DNA of 64,000 nucleotides from Macrostomum lignano. Lineage: Eukaryota. Numbering within the stretch: position 1 is the first letter of the stretch; every line of letters starts with the position of its first letter. The DNA lies in NCBI GenBank assembly GCA_002269645.1, contig NIVC01000332.1:35218-99217 (forward strand). The letters run 5' to 3'. A program made the position numbers and the translations under genes. Positions 41,701-54,094 of this stretch are shown in pieces. The notes beneath the pieces were generated by a model that made no database searches, was not told the origin of the DNA, and was given only the letters and a program-made list of their open reading frames with translations.

Positions 41701-44700
41701 GGGAGATGAGAGAAGGGAGATGAGAGAAGGGAGATGAGAGAAAGGAGATGAGAGAAAGGAGATGAGAGAGGGGAGATAAGAGAAGGGAGATGAGAGAAGG
41801 GAGATGAGAGAAGGGAGATGAGAGAGGGGAGATGAGAGAAGGGAGATGAGAGAAGGGAGATGAGAGAAGGGAGATGAGAGAAGGGAGATGAGAGAAGGGA
41901 GATGAGAGAAGGGAGATGAGAGAAGGGAGATGAGACAAGGTAGAGGAAAGAAGGGAAAGGAGGGAAGAGAGATGAGAGAAGGGAGATATTGAATAAGAGA
42001 GAGATAGGAGAGATAAGAGAAGGCTGAGGAGAGAAGGCTGAGAGCGCTGAGAAGAGGCACAAACCTTAGGCGGGCCGGACTGCTATTGTGAAGTTTCAAA
42101 GGACCCGAGGGCCCCTGGTCTACAGTGTCCCATTGTCAGGCAGGCGCGCACTCTTAAAAATAGGCCTTCATGGTTGGAAGTCGCACGACACGCGACCAGG
42201 CCAAATTTGATATATCAGTCCCAAATTATTGTCAACGCGAGAGGGATTGCTACTGAGTTAAAAATAATAATAACAATAGTTGATTACACCTGCCCTATTG
42301 GGCAGATGTGCAACCGACAGCTCAGCCACAGCTATTGCGCGGTGCATCTGAAGGCTGCGTACGGCTGTTCAGTCCAAGGAATGGGGGGTCGCCACACACA
42401 CCCTCAATTACCCCAGCTAATGCTGGCACCCATTTTACAGCTGGGTGAACTGAAGCAATGCAGAGTTAGTTGTCTTGCTCAAGGACACAAATTGTTCCAG
42501 TTGGATCAAGAATCGAACCCCCGACCTTCAAGTCGTGAGTCTGACGCTCTAACCACTAGGCTACAACCCCCTTACTACCTACAACCCCTTTCTAGGCTAC
42601 AACCCCCCTGCTAGGCTACAACCCCCTTGCTAGGCTACAACCCCCTTGCTAGGCCACAACCCCCTTGCTAGGCTACAACTCCCTTACTAGGCTACAACCC
42701 CCCTGCTAGGCTACAACTCCCTTACTAGGCTACAACCCCCCTGCTAGGCTACAACCCCTTACTAGCTACAACCCCTTACTAGGTTACAACCCCCTTGCTA
42801 GGCTACAACCCCCCTGCTAGGCTACAACCCCCCTGCTAGGCTACAACCCCCCTGCTAGGCTACAACCCCCCTGCTAGGCTACAACCCCCCTGCTAGGCTA
42901 CAACCCCCCTGCTAGGCTACAACCCCCCTGCTAGGCTACAACCCCCCTGCTAGGCTACAACCCCCTGCTAGGCTACAACCCCCCTGCTAGGCTACAACCC
43001 CCCTGCTAGGCTACAACCCCCCTGCTAGGCTACAACCCCCCTGCTAGGCTACAACCCCACTGCTAGGCTAAAACCCTCTTAAGCCTTCTACTGCGGTAGC
43101 TTCTGACTGAGATACTCATACCCATTGTCAGAGTATCCTACAGTACATAATGTATTGCAAAACATTTTTCAAATTTTTTCTATGGCAAGTGTCCATTGAT
43201 AACTTTTTAATGTGCTCATCCGGTACATAATCAGCTCAAGAGTTCGTGGACACCTGGTACGCTGAAGTGCACAATTTCAATTGGCGAAGCTTAGAAGATC
43301 AGTTCGAATGCAGTAAGTTAAATATTTGAAAAACCTAAGAGCAAAAACTTGCTGACAGTCGCGGCAGAGTGAGAAAAGACTCGCTACATTGAATGGCGCT
43401 CACCGATCGATTCCGAAAACCGCAGGTCATTTTGCCCAAGTGGTCTGGCGCGCCAGTCGCGAGGCCGGCTTCGGCAGAGCCATCTCCATGTCCGGCTGCG
43501 TCTACATTGTTGGCCGCTACCGTCCGATGGGAAATAATCCCGGAGAATTTCCAAGAAACGTTTTGCCGCGCGTGTCCAGAGCTCGGGCCTCTGGGAGTGA
43601 GTTTGCTTGCTAAAGACGACTTTGTTGCCGCTCATAAGACATCTCTGCTAGCACTAAGGAAATTCTCACCCCTAGCAAGTAGGTAGCGGCGTGTAAATCT
43701 TGCATTTTACTGGCTTGCTCATCCCTCTGTTACAAACAGACTATCGAGCATCGCGGGTGTCCGGCATAGCAGCTGACAACAGGAAAGGAGAAGCTGCTGC
43801 TCCACTTGCGCCTCGGTCGCCGAAGGCGGAGCGAGAGCCGTCGTCAGACCGAGAGCCCGCCAAACGAGTGCCGACGCCTCCTGCCGTCAAGTCATCTCCG
43901 AGCTCCGCACCAGAAGCCCCGCTATCAACAGCGACTAATGAGGAGCCCGCCCCATCTACTAAGTCTTTGTTCGGCGCTCCTGGTGCCAAGTCTTCGGCTG
44001 GCCCTACTGCCTCGGCGCCTGTATCGGCGATGTCTTTGTTTGGCTCCTTAAAGTCAAAAGCTCAGGGCCCGGCCAATTCAGAGCCTGCCTCGTCTAAGTC
44101 GCTGTTTGGCGCTCTGTCGGGAAAATCTGACGGAGGCGGCGCCAAGGGGCCCCTGACCGCCAACATCCTGCACCAGACGCTGGGCGGCTCGCACACTCGG
44201 CAGAAAAGACCCTCAGCTGAAGATCTAGAGGAGGAGGCAGTTCCGGTATGCTTTGCCATATTGGTTTTTAATTTATAATAGAAGATTGAAGGTTTACTAT
44301 AGGTGGACTAGCACTCGGCCCCCCCAGGGGATGGAAGATTTCCGCCTTTATGCCCTGCCGCATAATCCGATGCAATCATAGTTTTTTACAAATATTTTTT
44401 CATACTCGTACGACCTGCGGCAACTCAAAGATTTCTAGTCTAATAGCTAAAAATGCGAAAAAGCAAACATTATACAAATCAACAAACAGGCTTTCAATAT
44501 GCGCAAATTCGTCACCCAAATGCTGGTCTCGCACAACGAGTACCGGGCCCAGCACAAGGCCGGCCCGCTACGGCTTAATCCCCAGTGAACAGGCTGGCCC
44601 AGGACTGGGCAGACGTGTTAGCGATGCGGGACAAGATGGCGCACGATCCCAACTGCTCAAGTAATAACACCGGAGAGAATATCGCTATGAAGTTCCGCAT

Positions 44701-45212
44701 TGGAGAGACTAACTTCCCAGGTAAGCTCTTTGCTCTATCTCTCTCTTTTTCTCTACTCTATCTCTATATCTCTTTATATACTCAGCAACATCGAAGCGTC
44801 GCAATCACAGAAGATTCTGTCTGTGGTCGCCACTTTTGCGAGTGCGGGTAAAGTCTCTCAATCTTTGCGAGTGACGCAACTCAGCTAAGCCGCGGCAGAC
44901 TTGAGTTGAGGAATGAAGTGGTGGGCGAGCGGTGTGCGAGGGTTGGACGGATTAAAGCTACCCCGATCAGTTTTCTCGTATCTTTTATTTCAGAATAGTC
45001 CAAGAGAAATTGCTCACTGGCGCATAGAGTGGCGACTTTTCAATGTTGCTGAGTATACCTCTCCCTCTCCCTCTCCCTTCTCCCTCTCCCTCTCCCTCTT
45101 CCTCTCCCTCTCCCTCTCCCTCTCCCTCTCCCTCTCCCTCTCCCTCTCCCTCTCCCTCTCCCTCTCCCTCTCCCTCTCCATCTCCCTCTCTCTCTCCCTC
45201 TCCCTCTCCCAC

Positions 45213-45294
<82 letters not shown>

Positions 45295-48200
45295 TCTCTC
45301 TCTTTAATTTTTCTTCTTTGAGAAGCCAATTTGATGCTTCAGACAAACATTGACTGAGGGAAAAACTGCATTTTAAAATGTTTTATACTCTCGCAGCTCT
45401 AAATATATGACCTGTATTCTCTATATAGCCATTGCTGTAAAACGTCAGCGAACTTAATTATAAGTAGTCAATTGTTAACTAAAACGCAACTACGCTATCA
45501 TATGCCCTGTAAAACCCTACCAGGCGACGTATTCACGGACATGTGGTACGAAGAGATCGACTCGTACGATTGGAACAGCAACGAGATGCAACCCGAGTGC
45601 GGTAGGCAAAACTATTGCTTTCTGCTGAGCTTCTAGAAGAAGAAACAAACAGTAATATGTTAAGATTTCCAACCCCCAAACCAGTTAATGAGGACTGAGA
45701 ATTCTAACTGCAAGCTTCAATCTCTTCACTCTCTCCTCACCGGCCAATAATCTAGGCCTTGTGACGCACAAATCGCATAACCCACAGCTGAGTGTTGCTA
45801 AGCGTATCTACAAAGGAGTTCTCCATCCCATCAATTTGATAATCATTGGCAGGCCATTTCACCCAGCTAGTCTGGAAGTCCACTACAGAGGTCGGTTTCG
45901 GCCGGGCCGTGTCCGACACCGGCCGAGTGTACGTTGTAGGCCGCTACAGACCGCCTGGCAACTATAAAGGAGAATTTAGAAAGAACGTTCTACCAAGCGC
46001 TGATGATGGTGAGCGATGCTGGCCGCATTGCAACTTCATACTTGACAAGCTGGAGGGTTGGTTATTAATAAAAAGGCTAATCCAGGACGGGCAACGTAAT
46101 CAATTAAAAATGGATAAGATACGAGGAGGGTTAGAAAGATTTACACTCCATCTTGAGTGTGGGCGGGTCTAATGTACATTGATTGATAATCAGTCGATCG
46201 CGAATAAGTGTACATTAGATAAGTGATGGAAGACGGTCTGAGAGAAGACTGGGAGAGATAAGGATGCACGTGAGAGACGAGTCGCTTAAGTTCAGTAGAG
46301 TGTCCTAAAATATGATTTAGAATGGTCAATCGATATTCTATTCTAAATTCTATTTTCCAAGACAAAACCACCCAGGCACAAAAGCAATTAGTTTTCACCC
46401 TTATTCCACCAGCCGCTCCCCAATATTTACCCAATTTAGAAATTTCATCACGTGACTGCATGCTTTTCAATCTTTATTATCTATCCAGCCGGCCTCCTTA
46501 TCTTTGCATTAGCGTAAAAAAAGTAGCATGGAGTAATGACATCTGTGCTGCATATACTATATGCAATGCACATGTCTACCATTGCACAGATTCAAGCACC
46601 AGTATCATTATCGATTGTAAACTTTTCTATAAATAAATGTACTTTTACATGTCTGTTCGTGTCCAATATAGACTACTAATTAGTAGCTAACAGATTTGTG
46701 TTCAACTAAACAGAATAAAGCACCTGTCACTGCTGCCCAATATCTCTCTCCAGTGGTGAAAGCAGCCGGCGAAGAGATCGTCAAGGAGCCAATGATGATG
46801 CCGTCGCCGATTTCGTTCGCGATGCGCGACTTTGGCGCCGCGAAACGTCGCTCGGTGACGTTCAGCACCGGCGCCGGAGGGGGCGGAGGGAGCGCCGCAA
46901 TGCGCAACCTGACCGACTTTGTGCCGCAGCGCAGCGCCGATGGTGGCGGCGGCAAAGCGGCCTCGAGTCCGGTGGCGGCGCTGCTGCTTCGCCAGACACT
47001 GCAGCAGAGCCACGTGCGAGCGCCGGAGAAAAAGGAGGAGACAAAATCCGATGAGAAAGTGAGCAGCTCAGCTCAGTTGTTTTGCTTTAATACAGTTTTA
47101 GAACACCGGATTCATGTGAACAGCAGACTGACACAGAACTAGTGCCTAAAATAACGATGAAAGAGTCAGGGCAGCTCTTACATCCTGTGCGAGAGTGTGC
47201 CTCCGTACTTATCCGTATGCATGCTCAGGTGTCAACGAAATCAGACAGGCCTTATTGCCTCCTATGGCGGGCTGACTCTGCGGGTCACCTGAATTTGCAC
47301 CTGCATTCCCACTCCCTTCAAAAGTACACATTTACTTGTAACTACCAGGCCCCAAGGCACATCCCGTAACGCTGTTGTTGCTGTTACGTGAAACCCGGGT
47401 AAGGCAATTCTGCCCGTTCCGCTGTACTCCTGAGGGCAGACATGCTCTCACACACACAGCTCACACAGGGTGTACAGCGGCACTGACTTTCTAATCGTCA
47501 GGCATATACAGTCTCTGTGCCTTGGGGTGTTGGCCCTCATGGTTTTGAATGACATGACAAACCCCCTGGGCCAATTTTCGTGCACACACAAGCCCCAAAT
47601 GAATGTGGTTGCGCGGAATCGAACCACGGGTTCGTAGCGAGAGAGTCAGACGCGGTTGCCACCGCGCTGCTCTGCCACATAATCTCAACATATGTGTAGA
47701 CTGATTTTTATAGACACCAAAGCAGAAATTTGCTATCTAAATTCATCCGACCCTCAGATCTTCAGCCAGAAGAAATTCGAGAACCAGCTGTTGGTGTCGC
47801 ACAACGAGTTCCGAGCGTTGCACCGGTCGCCGCCGCTGCGCCTGAACCCTGAGCTGTCCAGGCTGGCCCAGGCCTGGGCGGAGGTCCTGGCCGGCAAGGA
47901 CAAGATGGCGCACGATCCCAAATGCAGCTCGCTCGGACTGGGCGAGAATGTGGCTATGAAGTTTAGAAAAGGATTCACTAATTTTCCAGGTAATGCTCCC
48001 GTTTTGAAAATATCATTTTTGCACCTTGGATCCTGCAATGCTAATCTTCTTCTTCTTGCTCGGCAATTCTCTTTAAAGGCGATCTGTTTTCCGAGTTGTG
48101 GTACCACGAAATTGATCAGTACAAGTGGACAGGCGAGGATCAGCTGGCCTGCGGTGAGCAAATGGCCGAAGAGTTTAGGAATGAAAATGTTTGAGGATGT

Positions 48201-49420
48201 GACAGTTTGGGGATGTGACAGTTTGAGGATGTGACAGTTTGAGGATGTGACAGTTTGAGGATGTGACAGTTTGAGGATGTGACAGTTTGAGGATGTGACA
48301 GTTTGAGGATGTGACAGTTTGAGGATGTGACAGTTTGAGGATGTGACAGTTTGAGGATGTGACAGTTTGAGGATGTGACAGTTTGAGGATGTGACAGTTT
48401 GAGGATGTGACAGTTTGAGGGTGTGACAGTTTGAGGATGTGACAGTTTGAGGATGTGACAGTTTGAGGATGTGACAGTTTAGAGATGTGAACACCAACTG
48501 CTGGACCATCTAGCACAACGCTGACTCGATGTGATCCCGCATCGCAGGCCATTTTACCCAGCTGGTCTGGCGATCTTCAACCGAGGTCGGTTTCGGCCGG
48601 GCGGTGTCCAAATCCGGCCGGGTCTATGTTGTTGGCCGGTACCGCCCACCCGGCAACTACAGCGGACAGTTTGGCCGGAATGTGCTGCCCCCATCCAGGG
48701 GTTTGTTTCTGTTTTTTCGACCCTTTATTATAGAGTACTTCTGCTAACGTACCTGCCTACGCACTACCTATCAATCTCTCTACCTACCTACTGACCTACA
48801 TATCTAGAAAACTTCCTACCTACCTACCTACCAATTTACTTACGTTCCTACCTACCTACCTACCTACCTACCTACCTACCTACCTACCTACCTACCTACC
48901 TACCTACATACCTACCTACCTACCTACCTACCTACCTACATACCTACCTACCTACCTACCTACCTACCTACCTACCTACCTACCTACCTACCTACCTACC
49001 TACCTACCTACCTACCTACCTACCCACCTACCTATCAATCTGTCTATCTCTCTACCTACCTATCTACGTACCTACCTTTCTGCCTACCAATTGCCTTCTA
49101 ATCTGTCTACCTACCCGGGCGGCATTTCAGTGATGCCGAAGTCGCGCAACAACATAATTAACCGGAGCAACCTCCAGGCTGACAAGAAGGCAGCAGCTGC
49201 CAAGGCGGTCAATGCGGCAAATGAGGCGCAAGCGGACGCCAATGTTGAATACGCGGGCTTCGGCACTGCCAGGGTCGTGGAGAGGCGTCAGGGATTGACC
49301 GCGTCAAATCTTCGGGCTTTGCCGTTGGCTTCAACTGTGCAACAGCAGCAGCAACAGCAGCAGCAACAGCAGCAGACACATCAGCCACACAAGCAAGTTT
49401 CGCTAAACCCTTCCAAATAA
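38451..49420 (+). CDS. Triple-CAP-domain (SCP/PR-1, GAPR-1/GLIPR2-like) protein without evident signal peptide, ~994 aa, 14 exons
   Basis: Exons 38451-38790, 40058-40134, 41089-41320, 43235-43312, 43426-43596, 43740-44245, 44490-44720, 45524-45601, 45853-46008, 46694-47058, 47758-47989, 48079-48153, 48548-48700, 49131-49420. Three copies of HNExRxxH..PL, GENxA, WYxE, xHFxQxVW, VYxVGRYRPxGN. Phases are consistent after restoring one missing base near 44585. The true start codon is uncertain. Confidence 0.85.
38921..39230 (+). mobile_element. Probable tRNA-derived SINE, family B copy
   Basis: A-box-like AGTTCAGCGGT, B-box-like GGTTCGATTC; body matches reverse complement of 47395-47670 and, more distantly, 40222-40510. 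Confidence 0.7.
39256..39540. repeat. 28-bp minisatellite GCGCCAGAGTTCCCCAGGGTTCTGTTTT
   Basis: About 10 near-perfect copies. Confidence 0.95.
40058..40134 (+). CDS. Triple-CAP gene, small linker exon
   Basis: cttttcag|AT ... AGT|GTGAG; 77 nt, phase 1-0; connects the previous exon to the CAP1 exon in frame. Confidence 0.6.
40222..40510 (+). mobile_element. Probable SINE family B, diverged copy
   Basis: GTAGCCTAGAGG...GGCTCGATTCC head; shares GAGGGCCAAC..CAAGGC, GTACATG, CTGTACAC, GGAGTC.GCGGAATGG.CAG with 38921-39230. Confidence 0.55.
40545..41112. repeat. 95-bp tandem repeat, 6 copies, spanning the CAP1 exon a splice acceptor
   Basis: CCTCCTGCAG|AATGCAACCACGCGCAAGTTCGC recurs with AG ending at 40613, 40708, 40803, 40898, 40993, 41088. 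Confidence 0.95.
41089..41320 (+). CDS. CAP domain 1, exon a
   Basis: [27 protein letters not shown]...GIGENVA; 232 nt; G|GTAAG. Confidence 0.92.
41389..42115. mobile_element. Related MITE-like element with expanded 14-bp GA-rich array (41520-41940)
   Basis: GCGGGCCGGACTGCTATTGTGAAGTTTCAAAGGACCC shared with 21267-21310; interior (GAGATGAGAGAAGG)n. Confidence 0.4.
42262..42570 (-). mobile_element. tRNA-derived SINE, family A, full-length copy
   Basis: Reverse strand reads GTAGCCTAGTGGTTAGAGCG (A box)...GGTTCGATTC (B box), then TGTGTCCTTGAGCAAGACA...CCCAGCTGTAAAATGGG (SINE core-like) and a (TTA)n-type tail; near-identical copy at 55470-55783. Confidence 0.85.
42556..43075. repeat. 19-bp minisatellite GCTAGGCTACAACCCCCCT
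   Basis: About 27 copies starting at the SINE 5' end. Confidence 0.95.
43235..43312 (+). CDS. CAP domain 1, exon b
   Basis: [16 protein letters not shown]; 78 nt; A|GTAAG. Confidence 0.88.
43426..43596 (+). CDS. CAP domain 1, exon c
   Basis: [19 protein letters not shown]...[12 protein letters not shown]...NVLP; 171 nt. Confidence 0.92.
43740..44245 (+). CDS. Triple-CAP gene, linker 1 exon (Pro/Ala/Ser-rich, 3x SLFG)
   Basis: aaacag|AC ... CCG|GTATG; 506 nt, phase 1-0, stop-free. Confidence 0.8.
44490..44720 (+). CDS. CAP domain 2, exon a (apparent 1-nt deletion at ~44585)
   Basis: [22 protein letters not shown]...LNPQ-/-NRLAQDWA...GENIA; 231 nt versus 232 nt in the two paralogous exons. 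Confidence 0.85.
45058..45302. repeat. (CTCTCC)n and (CT)n microsatellites
   Basis: Directly visible. Confidence 0.95.
45524..45601 (+). CDS. CAP domain 2, exon b
   Basis: [16 protein letters not shown]; 78 nt. Confidence 0.88.
45853..46008 (+). CDS. CAP domain 2, exon c
   Basis: [19 protein letters not shown]...[12 protein letters not shown]; 156 nt. Confidence 0.92.
46694..47058 (+). CDS. Triple-CAP gene, linker 2 exon
   Basis: ctaacag|AT ... AAA|GTGAG; 365 nt, phase 1-0; contains KRRSVTF. Confidence 0.78.
47395..47670 (-). mobile_element. Probable SINE family B copy
   Basis: Reverse complement similar to 38921-39230, including the B box (plus strand GGAATCGAACC). Confidence 0.7.
47758..47989 (+). 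CDS. CAP domain 3, exon a
   Basis: [22 protein letters not shown]...MAHD...GENVA; 232 nt. Confidence 0.92.
48079..48153 (+). CDS. CAP domain 3, exon b
   Basis: [16 protein letters not shown]; 75 nt. Confidence 0.88.
48190..48482. repeat. 16-bp minisatellite GTTTGAGGATGTGACA
   Basis: About 18 copies. Confidence 0.95.
48548..48700 (+). CDS. CAP domain 3, exon c
   Basis: [19 protein letters not shown]...YRPPGN...NVLPP; 153 nt; donor GTTTGT at 48701. Confidence 0.9.
48770..49080. repeat. (CCTA)n microsatellite
   Basis: Directly visible. Confidence 0.95.
49131..49420 (+). CDS. Triple-CAP gene, terminal exon (poly-Gln tract)
   Basis: atttcag|TG phase 1; open to TAA at 49418-49420; AATAAA ~90 nt downstream. 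Confidence 0.75.
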
Positions 49421-49509
49421 GCTCTGGGACAGAGTTGCAGCCGCCAGTTGCACTTATTCAGGATTTGAATTTTTGTTTTCAATTTTCAACATAATTAATT
49501 CTTTCAATT

Positions 49510-49515
49510 AATAAA
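49510..49515 (+). terminator. Putative polyadenylation signal of the triple-CAP gene
   Basis: AATAAA ~90 nt after the stop codon, in AT-rich sequence. Confidence 0.45.
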
Positions 49516-49632
49516 ACAGAATGCTGGCTATGAGCGGTTAAAAGATATTTTGAATTTTTGCCAGAGGCACCAAATTTCCAGTGTCACTTGACATTCATGC
49601 GCTATTTAATAAATATTATATATAACGTAGCG

Positions 49633-53210
<3,578 letters not shown>

Positions 53211-53868
53211 CATACGCTGACACACGATGTACAGCTAGTTAATAAGTTAGTTAGTTTATCAGTTAGTTAGTAAATTTGTTAGTCAGTTAGTTAGTAATGT
53301 AGTTTATTAGTTATTCAGTTGGTAAGTTCGTAACTAATAAAAAAATCGAACAAACGCTGCCAATTTATCACTACTAGATCTTCACCTACGGTATGAGTAG
53401 AGCATGAAGCAACAAAAGGTTCGAAATCGCCAGCATACCATAATAGCTACTCTGCGATAGAATTACAGCACACCGCACCCTGACACAACTGAACTGTCCG
53501 CCCCCACTATTCTTGCGAATGAGATTCCTGCGCCTCTCTAGAGCGAGTCCTCTCTGAAATGAAAGAGAGATTTGTTTCCAAGTCTATCTGGCAAGATTCA
53601 ATGCCAGCAAAGCATCTCTGCGCCAGAGGCTCAAGCATGAATGAATGAATGGCTAAACTGGCCTGCACCCCGGCCCCCCCCCCCCCCAACCTCGCAATGG
53701 GCGCGCCCGTACCCACCCAACTTTTTGTTAATATTGCCGCTGCAGTTGAACCGCCTGTGTCTGTGTGTCTTCTGTTCTCGCGATTGCTGTTCTTAAATAT
53801 CATCTGATCGCAACAGTTGCTGTGACTCAACTCATCGATTCGAGTTTAACTCTGAGTATAGCAGAGAA

Positions 53869-54094
53869 ATGGCCGTCAGTTGGCTGTCTGTGTCTCTGTC
53901 CTTAGTCTTGCTTGCTGTCTTTCGGCCGGCATCGGCAGCATCGTCTCTGGAGGCTGAGGCCTGCGCCGCATCGGCCGCCTATTCGCCTTTCTCGCTAGGC
54001 AGCGGCGGCAGCGCGGCCTCGGTTCGGGTGCCCGTGCTGGCGGCGCTGCGTCGGCCCGGCACCGACGGTTTCGGCTGCTCGCATCTGGTTGAAG
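53869..54094 (+). CDS. Multi-VFT gene exon 1 (signal peptide)
   Basis: ATG, hydrophobic leader; G|GTGAGT, phase 1. Confidence 0.82.

Noticed and set aside
42500-42570. tRNA gene (CAC loop) on the minus strand, also 55710-55783
   Set aside because: tRNA-like head runs into a 230-nt shared body and simple tail; interpreted as SINE
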